A stretch of DNA of 64,000 bases from Betaproteobacteria bacterium (GTDB lineage Bacteria > Pseudomonadota > Gammaproteobacteria > Burkholderiales > SG8-39): assembly GCA_947479645.1 (NCBI GenBank), contig CANKAJ010000007.1, forward strand, positions 559-64,558. Reading direction: 5' to 3'. The notes beneath the pieces were generated by a model. The model searched no databases, had not been told where the DNA came from, and was given only the letters and a program-made list of their open reading frames with translations. Positions within the stretch are counted from its first letter, which is position 1. Each line of letters opens with the position of its first letter. Made by a program: the position numbers and the translations under genes. Shown in pieces: positions 9,444 through 19,254 of the stretch.

Positions 9444-9632
9444 TGAAGCCACTCCCGATTCATGATTGAGGCGCGCCATGTCTTGCTCCACTTTGCGCAG
9501 CGCCGATGGTGATCGTGGCGGCGGGGCGGAAGTGGCAAGTCACTAGAGGCATTGGTGCTTGAAGATGCCCGCCCAGAGCGGGTCTTGGGGCAATTGCCGC
9601 CTTCGGATGCGCGTCAACAATAGGTCAACACA

Positions 9633-11426
9633 ATGAATGAAGCAGCCAAGCCCAAAGGCAAGGTCACGCAATTCCGCCGCCTGATCCGCTATCTGCTGCC
9701 GTATCGGGCGCGCATTGCCGGGGCGCTGCTGGCGTTGCTGGTGGCCTCCGGCTGCGTGCTGGCGCTGGGGCAGGGTCTGCGGCGTGTCATTGACGGCGGC
9801 TTCGGGTCGGGTGATCCGCATCTGCTCGATGCGGCGCTGGCCGGTGTGGTGACCGTGGCCGTGATCCTGGCGTGCGCCACCTGGGCGCGCTTCTACCTGA
9901 TGATGAGCACCGGCGAACGCGTGGTGGCGGATTTGCGCAAAGCCGTGTTCAGCCATGTGCTGGAACTGTCGCCGGCGTTTTTTGATGCGACGCGCACCGG
10001 CGAGATCGTGTCGCGCCTGACCAACGACACCACCGAGATCCAGGCGGTGATCGGCTTTGGCGTGTCCATGTTCCTGCGCAACCTGTTGATGACGACTGGA
10101 GCCCTGGTTCTGCTGTTCATCACCAGCCTGAAGCTGGCCTTGCTGATCGTGCTGGGGGTACCGGCCATCATCGTGCCGATCCTGGTGATTGGTCGGCGGG
10201 TGCGGCAATTGTCGCGCACTGTGCAGGACCGCGTGGCGGATGTCTCCGCGCATATCGACGAATCCATCCACGAAATCCGCACCGTGCAGGCCTATGCGCA
10301 TGAAGATGCGGACCGCGCCTTGTTCTTCCGGCGCGTGGAGGAAACCTATGGCACCGGCATCCATCGTATCCGGATCAAGGCCTGGCTGATTTCGCTGGTC
10401 ATGCTGATCGGCTTTTCCGCCGTGGGCGGCATATTGTGGATCGGCGGCCATGATGTGTTTGCCGGCAAGCTGACTGCGGGTGAACTGTCGGCATTCGTGT
10501 TCTATGCCGCGGTGGTTGCCACCGGCGCGGGCACCGTGTCGGAAGTCTGGGGCGAGTTGCAGCGCGCGGCGGGCGCCACCGAGCGGTTGATGGAGTTGCT
10601 CGAAACGCAGGCGGTTATCGCCGCACCGGCGCACTCGCTCTCGTTGACGTTGCCGGCACGCGCGGCCGGGACGGTGCGCTTTGACAATGTCAGTTTTAAT
10701 TATCCGTCGCGGCCGGACCCCGACAATGCGGCGCTGAGCGGCTTTTCACTTTCGATTGCACCGGGCGAGCGCGTGGCGCTGGTCGGGCCCTCCGGTGCGG
10801 GGAAGTCCACGCTGCTCGCCTTGTTGTTGCGCTTCTATGACCCGCAGTCGGGAAGTGTGCTGATCGATGGCATTGATATCGCCCGGTGCGACCCGTGTGA
10901 ACTGAGAAAACAGCTGGCGCTGGTGCCGCAGGATCCGGTGATCTTCGCCGCCAGCGTCACCGACAATGTGCGCTATGGCCGGCCCGCGGCGAGCGATGCC
11001 GAGGTGCGCGCGGCGTGCGAGGCGGCGCATGCGCTGGAGTTCATCGCCCGCCTGCCGCAGGGATTCGATACGAATCTGGGCGAGCGCGGTATCAAGCTCT
11101 CCGGCGGGCAGCGCCAGCGCCTGTCGATTGCGCGGGCATTGCTGGCCGACCGCGCCATCCTGCTGCTGGATGAAGCGACCAGCTCGCTGGACGCGCAAAG
11201 CGAGCGCCAGGTGGCGCTGGCGCTGGAGCGCCTGATGCGCGGGCGCACCTCGCTGGTGATCGCGCATCGTCTGGCCACGGTGCAGCACGCCGATCGCATT
11301 GTGGTCCTTGATCACGGCCGCCTGCATTCCATCGGAACTCACGCCGAACTGATGCGGCAGGACGGCTTGTATTCCCATCTGGCTCGTTTGCAGTTCATTC
11401 CCGAAGTCCAGCCGGCGGCGCTATAG
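9633..11426 (+). CDS. ABCB-type exporter (fused permease + ATPase)
   Basis: N-terminal six-TM region, Walker A GPSGAGKST, signature LSGGQRQRLSIAR, Walker B ILLLDEATSSLD. Confidence 0.9.
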   Translation: MNEAAKPKGKVTQFRRLIRYLLPYRARIAGALLALLVASGCVLALGQGLRRVIDGGFGSGDPHLLDAALAGVVTVAVILACATWARFYLMMSTGERVVADLRKAVFSHVLELSPAFFDATRTGEIVSRLTNDTTEIQAVIGFGVSMFLRNLLMTTGALVLLFITSLKLALLIVLGVPAIIVPILVIGRRVRQLSRTVQDRVADVSAHIDESIHEIRTVQAYAHEDADRALFFRRVEETYGTGIHRIRIKAWLISLVMLIGFSAVGGILWIGGHDVFAGKLTAGELSAFVFYAAVVATGAGTVSEVWGELQRAAGATERLMELLETQAVIAAPAHSLSLTLPARAAGTVRFDNVSFNYPSRPDPDNAALSGFSLSIAPGERVALVGPSGAGKSTLLALLLRFYDPQSGSVLIDGIDIARCDPCELRKQLALVPQDPVIFAASVTDNVRYGRPAASDAEVRAACEAAHALEFIARLPQGFDTNLGERGIKLSGGQRQRLSIARALLADRAILLLDEATSSLDAQSERQVALALERLMRGRTSLVIAHRLATVQHADRIVVLDHGRLHSIGTHAELMRQDGLYSHLARLQFIPEVQPAAL

Positions 11427-11807
11427 GCGCACACCAGGATTATGCTTTCGCCTCAATTTGAGGATATACATTGGCTGGGGACTGATTTGCCTGCAGGACT
11501 GGCATGGATCGTGCCCTTCTCCTGCAGATCTCTGGAGGTGCTCCGCAGCAGTTTGCCTTGATCCATATCAAGAATGGCGCCGTCTCTGTTGGTACGATCG
11601 ACACTCAGATTTGTCCAATTCATGATGATCGTACAGGAAGCGCAAGAGCGTATTTGGGGTGGGTAGCAGCGGCATTTTTGCGGCGTGCCCGGGGGTACGG
11701 TATCATCGCGGCCAGCGGTTTACAGATCTTTCCCCAATTGGACACGACATAACAAGTGGGGCTTGTACCTCCTTGAATCCCCTGCCACAGACCATAAAGG
11801 AATAACA

Positions 11808-12935
11808 ATGCAGATCGGCATTCCGGCCGAAACGAGGGTGGGCGAGACGCGTGTCGCGGCAACGCCCGAAACTATCAAGAAGCTCATCGTCGGCAAGCAC
11901 GCGGTGCTGGTGCAATCCGGGGCCGGTGTTGCCGCCAGCATCCCCGATGCCGATTTTCAGGCGGCCGGCGCAGAAATCGTGACGACCGCCGCAGATGTCT
12001 ATCAGCGCGCGGAACTGGTGCTGAAGGTTCGCGGGCCTCAGGTCGATGAGATTGCGCAGCTGAAAAAAGACCAGGTGCTGATCGGCATACTCAATCGCTT
12101 CGATACGGCTGGCCTGGCGGCGCTGGCAAAGCAGGGTGTGACCGGCTTTGCCCTGGAAGCGGCCCCACGTATCAGTCGTGCGCAGTCCATGGACGTATTG
12201 TCGTCGCAGGCCAATATCGGCGGCTACAAGGCGATCATCACCGCGGCGGGCTACTACGGCCGGCTGTTCCCGATGATGATGACCGCAGCCGGCACCATCA
12301 AGGCCGCGCGCGTGGTCATCATGGGCGTGGGCGTTGCGGGCCTGCAGGCCATTGCCACGGCGAAACGCCTGGGCGCGGTGGTCGAGGCGACCGATGTGCG
12401 GCCTGACACCAAGGAGCAGGTCGAGTCCCTGGGCGCCAAGTTCATTGAAGTGCCGCTGACCGACGAGGAAAAGGAACTGGCCAAGGGCGCCGGCGGTTAT
12501 GCCCGCGAGATGGGCGATGAATACAAAAAACGCCAGGCGGCGCTGATTGCCGAGCGTATCAAGGTAGCCGACATTGTCATCACCACCGCGCTGATTCCGG
12601 GACGCCCGGCACCGGTGCTGGTCACCGAAGACATGGTGAAGAGCATGCGGCCCGGATCGGTCATTGTCGATATGGCTGCCGAACAGGGCGGCAATTGCCC
12701 GCTGTCCGAGGCGGACAAGGTGGTGGTCAAGCATGGTGTCACCATCGTCGGACACACCAATTTTCCGGCCATGGTTGCAGCCGATTCATCGGCGTTGTAT
12801 GCGCGCAATCTGCTCGATTTTCTGAAGCTGATTGTCGACAAGGAAGGCAAGCTCGCCATCAATCGCGAGGATGAGATCGTCGCGGCCTGCCTGATGACCT
12901 TCGGCGGCGAACTCGAACCGAAACAGGGGAAATAG
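11808..12935 (+). CDS. pntAA: NAD(P) transhydrogenase alpha subunit part 1
   Basis: [26 protein letters not shown] plus Rossmann segment [25 protein letters not shown] 11808 with AAGGA SD. Followed by pntAB and pntB. Confidence 0.92.
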   Translation: MQIGIPAETRVGETRVAATPETIKKLIVGKHAVLVQSGAGVAASIPDADFQAAGAEIVTTAADVYQRAELVLKVRGPQVDEIAQLKKDQVLIGILNRFDTAGLAALAKQGVTGFALEAAPRISRAQSMDVLSSQANIGGYKAIITAAGYYGRLFPMMMTAAGTIKAARVVIMGVGVAGLQAIATAKRLGAVVEATDVRPDTKEQVESLGAKFIEVPLTDEEKELAKGAGGYAREMGDEYKKRQAALIAERIKVADIVITTALIPGRPAPVLVTEDMVKSMRPGSVIVDMAAEQGGNCPLSEADKVVVKHGVTIVGHTNFPAMVAADSSALYARNLLDFLKLIVDKEGKLAINREDEIVAACLMTFGGELEPKQGK

Positions 12936-12937
12936 CA

Positions 12938-13246
12938 ATGGAATTGACGGTTGATCCAACCATTAGTTTTCTGACGGTGTTCGTGCTGGCGATCTTCGTC
13001 GGCTATCAGGTCGTGTGGAATGTGACGCCGGCGCTGCATACGCCATTGATGTCGGTGACCAACGCCATCTCCGGCATCATCCTGGTAGGGGCGATGCTGG
13101 CCGCGGGGCCGGTTGAAACGGACTGGGGCGCCTGGCTGGGCGGGATTGCCGTGGCGCTCGCCTCCATCAATGTGTTTGGCGGATTCCTGGTCAGCCAGCG
13201 CATGCTCGAGATGTTCAAGAAAAAAGAGAAAAAGGGAGCGGCATAA
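12938..13246 (+). CDS. pntAB: NAD(P) transhydrogenase alpha subunit part 2 (membrane)
   Basis: 102-aa protein with several hydrophobic TM segments, located between pntAA and pntB. Contains [19 protein letters not shown]. Confidence 0.9.
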   Translation: MELTVDPTISFLTVFVLAIFVGYQVVWNVTPALHTPLMSVTNAISGIILVGAMLAAGPVETDWGAWLGGIAVALASINVFGGFLVSQRMLEMFKKKEKKGAA

Positions 13247-14629
13247 ATGTCAGCGAACGCAGTTGCACTCTCTTACCTGGTCGCCTCCGTATTCTTCATT
13301 CTGGCGCTGAAGGGGCTGTCCTCGCCGCTGTCGGCGCGGCGCGGCAACCTGTTCGGCATGCTGGGCATGACGCTGGCTGTGTTGACCACACTCACGCAGA
13401 CCCCGAATTTCGGCATGATCATCGCCGGCATCGCGGTGGGCGGCGTGATCGGAACGATCATCGCGCGCCGCGTGCAGATGACCGCCATGCCGGAACTGGT
13501 GGCCTTCATGCACTCGCTGGTGGGGCTTGCTGCCGTGTTCATCGCCATCTCGGCGGTGAACAATCCGGTGGCTTTCCATCTGCATGTGCCGCTGCCAACC
13601 GGCAACAAGCTGGAACTGTTCCTCGGCAGCTTCATCGGTGCCATGACCTGGTCAGGTTCGGTGATCGCCTTCATGAAGCTCTCCGGCCGCATGAGTGGCG
13701 CACCCATCACCTTCCCGGGGCAGCATCTGGTGAATCTGGCGATCTTCATCGTGATGATCGGCTTCGGGATGTGGTTCTTCCTTGACGCGCAGACCAACTG
13801 GATGGCGTTCAGTCTGATGATTGGCCTTGCCTTCATCCTCGGCTTCCTGATCATCATCCCGATCGGCGGTGCCGACATGCCGGTGGTGATCTCGATGCTG
13901 AACAGCTACTCGGGCTGGGCGGCGGCGGGCATCGGCTTTTCGCTCAACAACACCATGCTGATCATTGCCGGCTCGCTGGTGGGGTCTTCGGGTGCGATCC
14001 TCTCCTACATCATGTGCAAGGCGATGAACCGGCCGTTCCTGTCGGTGATCCTCGGCGGTTTTGGCGCCGAGAGCGGCGCTGTAGCAGCCGGCGATGGTAC
14101 GCAGAAGACGCATCGCAGCGGCAGCTCCGACGATGCCGCCTTCATGTTGTCCAATGCCGACAGCGTCATCATTGTGCCGGGCTATGGCCTGGCGGTGGCG
14201 CGCGCCCAGCACGCGGTGAAGGAAATGGCGCACAAGCTCACCGAGAAGGGCATCAAAGTACGCTATGCCATCCATCCGGTGGCGGGTCGCATGCCCGGCC
14301 ACATGAACGTGCTGCTCGCCGAGGCCGAAGTGCCCTACGACCAGGTGTTCGAGATGGAGGACATCAACAGCGAATTTGGCAACACCGACGTGGTGCTGGT
14401 GCTGGGTGCCAACGACGTGGTCAATCCGCTGGCGCACGAGAAGGGCAGCCCGATCTACGGCATGCCGATTCTTGATGTCAGCAAGGCGCGCACCGTGCTC
14501 GTGAACAAGCGCTCCATGGCCTCGGGCTACGCCGGCCTGGACAACCCGCTCTTCTACATGGACAAGACCATGATGGTGTTTGGCGATGCCAAGAAGGTGA
14601 TCGAGGATATTGTAAAGGCCCTCGAGTGA
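13247..14629 (+). CDS. pntB: NAD(P) transhydrogenase beta subunit
   Basis: Hydrophobic N-terminal half plus soluble dIII domain (VIIVPGYGLAVARAQH, HPVAGRMPGHMNVLLAEA, GANDVVNP). Confidence 0.92.
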   Translation: MSANAVALSYLVASVFFILALKGLSSPLSARRGNLFGMLGMTLAVLTTLTQTPNFGMIIAGIAVGGVIGTIIARRVQMTAMPELVAFMHSLVGLAAVFIAISAVNNPVAFHLHVPLPTGNKLELFLGSFIGAMTWSGSVIAFMKLSGRMSGAPITFPGQHLVNLAIFIVMIGFGMWFFLDAQTNWMAFSLMIGLAFILGFLIIIPIGGADMPVVISMLNSYSGWAAAGIGFSLNNTMLIIAGSLVGSSGAILSYIMCKAMNRPFLSVILGGFGAESGAVAAGDGTQKTHRSGSSDDAAFMLSNADSVIIVPGYGLAVARAQHAVKEMAHKLTEKGIKVRYAIHPVAGRMPGHMNVLLAEAEVPYDQVFEMEDINSEFGNTDVVLVLGANDVVNPLAHEKGSPIYGMPILDVSKARTVLVNKRSMASGYAGLDNPLFYMDKTMMVFGDAKKVIEDIVKALE

Positions 14630-14703
14630 GCAGCCGACAGTGAGGTCTTTAGTGCTTGTGAGACTGTTCGGAGGCGGCCTCGAATAGGCGCACTGACCTA
14701 ATC

Positions 14704-15381
14704 ATGACCATCGGCCGCTCCGACGAATCACGCAAGAACATCCTGGGGCGGATCCGCAAGGCGCAGGGGCGTGCCGTACGTCCTTCCCAGGCTGAACTGG
14801 AAGCGGTCGATACCTACCTGAACGCGCGGCCGCGCGGCCCCTTGGCATCGGTTGACGCGGCGCTTGTCACGCACTTCCGCGCTCGCGCCGAAGCCATGCA
14901 AAGTACCACTGAAGCCGTGGAGTCGATGGCTGACGTGCCTGCCGCGATTGCACGCTATCTTCAGTCTCAGCGTGTGCCGGCCACCGGTTGTATCTGGCCA
15001 TCCCTGTTCAATCGGCCTGACCTGGACTGGACGGCCGCAGGTATTGCAGTTGAGCCGCGGGCGGCCAGGGACGAAGACCGGATCGGCATCAGCGGCGCGT
15101 TCGCCGCCATCGCGGAGACCGGCACACTGATGGTGTTGTCCGGTGCTGACACGCCCTCTTCGGTCAGCCTGCTGCCCGAGACGCATATCGCGATACTGCC
15201 ACAGAGTCGCATTGTGTCGCACATGGAGGCCGCCTGGGATTTGTTGCGGGCCGAATGCGGGCATCCTCCGCGGGCGGTGAACTTCATTTCCGGGCCGTCG
15301 CGTACTGGCGATATCGAGCAGACCATTGTCATCGGCGCGCACGGGCCCTCCCTCGTGCATATCGTCATCGTTCGTGGCTGA
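14704..15381 (+). CDS. LUD-domain protein (LutC/YkgG-like)
   Basis: N-terminal SRKNILGRIRKA and C-terminal SGPSRTGDIEQTIVIGAHGP are typical of LutC-type proteins. No lutA or lutB next to it. Confidence 0.7.
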   Translation: MTIGRSDESRKNILGRIRKAQGRAVRPSQAELEAVDTYLNARPRGPLASVDAALVTHFRARAEAMQSTTEAVESMADVPAAIARYLQSQRVPATGCIWPSLFNRPDLDWTAAGIAVEPRAARDEDRIGISGAFAAIAETGTLMVLSGADTPSSVSLLPETHIAILPQSRIVSHMEAAWDLLRAECGHPPRAVNFISGPSRTGDIEQTIVIGAHGPSLVHIVIVRG

Positions 15382-15546
15382 GTTACTGGCCGAGAAAATA
15401 TTGATATCAATTTCACTGAAGTTGATAGATTTTTTAAAACTTTAGGTAATTATTAATATCAACCATCCCGGCACTGCTGGAGAATCGGCATGCTGCGGCG
15501 ATGCGGGTTATCCTGAAAGTCTTTTCCGCATACCGGCATTCGCTTC

Positions 15547-17502
15547 ATGTTCAACTATCTGCAATCGCGCATTCGCGGTACCGCCAGCGCGGGCCTGGGG
15601 GAACCACCAGCCGGGCTGATCGGCTTTTACTGGCATTTCGTGCGGCAGACCAGGAGCTGGTATGCGCTGATGTTCGTGACCAGCCTCGCCGTTGCCCTGA
15701 TCGATACCGCGATTCCGGTGTTCATTGGCAAACTCGTGTCCTTGATGGAAGCGAGCGATCGCCAGGCCGCGCTGGCGCAACAGTCGACCATGCTGATATC
15801 GATGGTGGTGCTGATTCTGCTGATTCGCCCGCTGGTGATGTTTGCCGACATGGTGATTCGTCAGAATGTGCTGATTCCCGGCGCCACCAATCTGATCCGC
15901 TGGCAGAGCCACTGGCATGTGGTGCGTCAGGGGCTGTCATTTTTCCAGAATGATTTCGCCGGGCGCATTGCCAACCGTGTGATGCAGACTGCCAACGCCT
16001 TGCGCGAAAGCGTCATGGCGAGCATCCGCGCGGTCTGGTACATCGCGGCCTATGGCATCAGCGCGCTGGCGCTGATGGCGGTGTCGGACTGGCGCCTGGG
16101 CATTCCCACACTGCTGTGGTTCGTTGCCTACCTTTTCTATCTGCGGCACTTCGTGCCACGCATGCGCGATCTGGCCAGGGTGAGTTCCGAGGTTCGCTCG
16201 CTGGTCATGGCGCGGGTGGTGGACAGCTACACCAACATTCTCACGGTGAAACTGTTCGCGCGACTCGATGATGAAGACGCCTATGTGCGTGAGGTGATCG
16301 ACGAGCACCAGGCGGCCATCGGCGCCCACATGCGGCTGATTTCGCAGTTCATGTTCTGTCTGTCGGCGATGAATGCCGCGCTCCTGACCAGCACCGCCGC
16401 CATCGGCATCTGGCTGTGGGCGCAAGGCGAGGTCAGTGCGGGTGTGGTGGCCACGGCCTTGCCGCTGGCGTGGCAGATCGCCAACGTGGCGGGCTGGGTC
16501 AGCTGGGAAGTGACCGCCATCTTCGAGAACATCGGCGTGGTGCAGGAGGGCATGCAGACTATCGCCGTGCCGCACAGCGGCATCGACCGATCCGGCGCCC
16601 GCAAGCTGGAAGTGTCGCGCGGCGAGATTCGGTTCGAAAATGTCTTGTTCGGTTATGGCCGGCGTGATGCGCCCCCGGTGCTGGATCAGCTGAACTTCAC
16701 CATCCGTCCGGGTGAGCGGATTGGGCTGGTGGGGCGCTCGGGTGCCGGAAAGTCCACGCTGGTGAATCTGCTGCTGCGCTTCTACGAATTGGAGCAGGGC
16801 CGCATTCTGATTGACGGACAGGATGTGGCCGAAGTCACCCAGGAAAGCCTGCGCGCAGCCATCGGCATGGTGACGCAGGACACGTCGCTCCTGCATCGCT
16901 CCATCGCTGCCAATATCCGCTATGGCCGACCCGGCGCCAGCGATGAGGCGGTGCGCTCTGCTGCACAGAAGGCCCAGGCGCATGACTTCATCGTCGGGTT
17001 GCAGGACTGGAAGGAACGCAATGGCTACGACGCTCATGTCGGCGAGCGCGGCGTTAAACTCTCCGGCGGCCAGCGTCAGCGCGTGGCCATGGCCAGAGTC
17101 ATCCTGAAGGACGCGCCCATCCTGGTGCTGGACGAAGCGACGTCGGCGCTCGACAGCGAAGTGGAACTGGCTATTCAGGAGCAGTTGCTCGGATTGATGG
17201 AAGGCAAGACGGTGATCGCGATTGCGCATCGCCTCTCTACCATCGCGCGCATGGACCGACTGATCGTGCTGGATGCCGGCCGCATCGTCGAGCAGGGTTC
17301 GCACGAGGAACTGCTGCGCCTGGGCGGACATTACGAGCGGCTGTGGCGGCATCAGTCCGGCGGATTCCTGGCGCATGAAATCGTGCAGACTGAAACCGCC
17401 ATTGATGCGGACAGCGGCGACGAGTCGCCACCTGACGGGGGGCATGCCGAACCCGTGCATGAGGCCGGCAGCGACGATGCCCTTGTCGTGACGCGGGCCT
17501 GA
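15547..17502 (+). CDS. ABC exporter (fused permease + ATPase) with acidic C-terminal tail
   Basis: TM domain, Walker A GRSGAGKST, signature LSGGQRQRVAMAR, Walker B ILVLDEATSALD. About 45 extra acidic C-terminal residues. Confidence 0.9.
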   Translation: MFNYLQSRIRGTASAGLGEPPAGLIGFYWHFVRQTRSWYALMFVTSLAVALIDTAIPVFIGKLVSLMEASDRQAALAQQSTMLISMVVLILLIRPLVMFADMVIRQNVLIPGATNLIRWQSHWHVVRQGLSFFQNDFAGRIANRVMQTANALRESVMASIRAVWYIAAYGISALALMAVSDWRLGIPTLLWFVAYLFYLRHFVPRMRDLARVSSEVRSLVMARVVDSYTNILTVKLFARLDDEDAYVREVIDEHQAAIGAHMRLISQFMFCLSAMNAALLTSTAAIGIWLWAQGEVSAGVVATALPLAWQIANVAGWVSWEVTAIFENIGVVQEGMQTIAVPHSGIDRSGARKLEVSRGEIRFENVLFGYGRRDAPPVLDQLNFTIRPGERIGLVGRSGAGKSTLVNLLLRFYELEQGRILIDGQDVAEVTQESLRAAIGMVTQDTSLLHRSIAANIRYGRPGASDEAVRSAAQKAQAHDFIVGLQDWKERNGYDAHVGERGVKLSGGQRQRVAMARVILKDAPILVLDEATSALDSEVELAIQEQLLGLMEGKTVIAIAHRLSTIARMDRLIVLDAGRIVEQGSHEELLRLGGHYERLWRHQSGGFLAHEIVQTETAIDADSGDESPPDGGHAEPVHEAGSDDALVVTRA

Positions 17503-17579
17503 GGTTAACGAGCGAGGCAGGACCGGTGCCGTTCTTGGTATAGTGGAAAATGCCTGCGCAGAAGGAAAAGGAGCACGCC

Positions 17580-17858
17580 ATGAATTGGGAAAGCGCCCTG
17601 ACAATGTCGCCGGATGAAATGATGGCCATGATCCTTAACATGGGGACGGCCGGCGTGGTCTGGATGATCATTTTTACCATCATCCTGTCGCTGCCGCCGG
17701 TGCTTGTTCTGCTATCGAAGCGATCAAGCGGCGGCGCCAAGTTCGGCTGGTTCATGCTGACCAGCCTGTTTTCCTGGCTGGCCTATGTGCTGTTTCTGGT
17801 CTTCACGCGGCCGCCGGCGAACGGCGGCGTGGAAGTGAATGGTGCCGTCGACAATTGA
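17580..17858 (+). CDS. small two-TM membrane protein, unknown function
   Basis: ATG 17580 lies 6 nt after AAGGAG. Two clear hydrophobic helices (GVVWMIIFTIILSLPPVLVLL, FMLTSLFSWLAYVLFLVF). Confidence 0.55.
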   Translation: MNWESALTMSPDEMMAMILNMGTAGVVWMIIFTIILSLPPVLVLLSKRSSGGAKFGWFMLTSLFSWLAYVLFLVFTRPPANGGVEVNGAVDN

Positions 17859-17928
17859 ATTTATATTAAGATCAATATTCAATAATCTGCATCATTCATT
17901 CTGAGTTTTCGATATTATTGTTATCAAT

Positions 17929-19239
17929 ATGATCCTGAGTATCCCGATCGATTTCATCCTGTTCGCACTGACGCTGGCTGGCGTCGCGGTCTTTCACAAG
18001 CACACGCTGCGCGTGGCGCTGACCGGCCTGATCGTCATATCGGCCTACAAGCTCATCTTCACCGGGTTTCGCACCGGGCCCGGTATCGCGGGCCTGGCCG
18101 CTCATCTCGCGCATGAGTGGGTGATCCTTGCCAACCTGCTCGGCCTGCTGCTCGGCTTTGCCTTGTTGTCGCGGCATTTCGAGGACAGCGAAGTACCGAA
18201 AGTGCTGCCCCGATATCTGCCGGACGACTGGAAGGGCGGCTTCGTGCTGCTGTTGATGGTGTTCGTGCTGTCGTCGTTTCTCGACAATATCGCGGCCGCG
18301 TTGATTGGCGGTGCCATCGCGCACACGGTATTTCGCGGCAAGGTCCACATCGGTTACCTGGCGGGTATCGTCGCGGCGTCCAATGCCGGTGGCTCGGGCA
18401 GCGTCGTCGGAGATACTACGACCACCATGATGTGGATTGATGGCGTTGATCCGCAGGATGTGCTGCACGCCTATGTGGCGGCCGGGGTGGCGGTGGTGGT
18501 GTGCGGGATTCCGGCGGCGCTGCAGCAGCACCGATACTCGCCGATGCTCAAGGACGAACCGGCCGGCACGCGTGTTGATTGGACACGCGTGGGCATCGTG
18601 GCCTTTATCCTGCTGGCGGCGATTGTCGTGAATGTCGTGGTCAATACGCACTTTGCCGCGCTGTCGGATCACTTTCCGTTCCTGGGGGTGGCGGTGTGGG
18701 TGGCGATACTGTTGTCGGCGCCGCTGAGAAGACCCGCATGGAACTTGTTGCCGGAGGCATTCAAGGGCACGCTCTTCCTGTTATCCCTGGTGACGATCGC
18801 ATCGATGATGCCGGTGGCGCATTTGCCGCAAGCGTCATGGCATAGCGCGTTTGGGCTGGGGTTTGTCTCCGCCGTGTTCGACAATATTCCGCTGACGGCC
18901 CTCGCGCTGAAGCAGGGGGGATACGATTGGGGCGTGCTGGCCTATGCGGTGGGATTCGGCGGGTCCATGATCTGGTTCGGCTCGTCAGCCGGTGTGGCAC
19001 TGACCAATCTGTATCCGCAAGCGCGCTCGGTGGGCTTGTGGCTGCGTCATGGCTGGCATGTTGCGCTTGCCTATGTGCTGGGCTTTGCCGCACTCATGCT
19101 GGTGATGGGCTGGGAGCCGCACGAGCCGCATAAGGAAGGCAGGGAAGCCAAGGAAGGACATGCAGCCGTGACCACCACGCCGGCGACATCGGCAGCGACG
19201 GTATCCGCGCTGCCACCTCATGCAACGAAGGCCAATTGA
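17929..19239 (+). CDS. NhaD/ArsB-superfamily ion transporter (putative Na+/H+ antiporter)
   Basis: 436 aa, at least 10 hydrophobic segments, N-terminus MILSIPIDFILFALTLAGVAVFHKH, motifs SSFLDNIAAA and SAVFDNIPLTA. AT-rich promoter upstream. Confidence 0.6.
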   Translation: MILSIPIDFILFALTLAGVAVFHKHTLRVALTGLIVISAYKLIFTGFRTGPGIAGLAAHLAHEWVILANLLGLLLGFALLSRHFEDSEVPKVLPRYLPDDWKGGFVLLLMVFVLSSFLDNIAAALIGGAIAHTVFRGKVHIGYLAGIVAASNAGGSGSVVGDTTTTMMWIDGVDPQDVLHAYVAAGVAVVVCGIPAALQQHRYSPMLKDEPAGTRVDWTRVGIVAFILLAAIVVNVVVNTHFAALSDHFPFLGVAVWVAILLSAPLRRPAWNLLPEAFKGTLFLLSLVTIASMMPVAHLPQASWHSAFGLGFVSAVFDNIPLTALALKQGGYDWGVLAYAVGFGGSMIWFGSSAGVALTNLYPQARSVGLWLRHGWHVALAYVLGFAALMLVMGWEPHEPHKEGREAKEGHAAVTTTPATSAATVSALPPHATKAN

Positions 19240-19254
19240 TACCCGCAGGTACCC

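Noticed and set aside
9158-9538. 126-aa minus-strand ORF in the ACAD / ABC intergenic region
   Set aside because: It overlaps the ACAD start, has low-complexity Arg/Pro/His composition and spans the repeat-rich non-coding region.
11453-11623. 56-aa minus-strand ORF (MNWTNLSVDRTNRDGAILDMDQGKLL...) in the 380-bp region upstream of pntAA
   Set aside because: No SD, no recognisable motif, and it is below the track threshold. It cannot be supported from sequence alone.
15937-17604. 555-aa minus-strand ORF, the longest antisense frame in the window
   Set aside because: It runs exactly opposite the ABC exporter, whose Walker A, signature and Walker B motifs are intact. Its composition is the Arg/His/Gly/Ala/Gln shadow type, so length alone is not evidence in GC-rich DNA.
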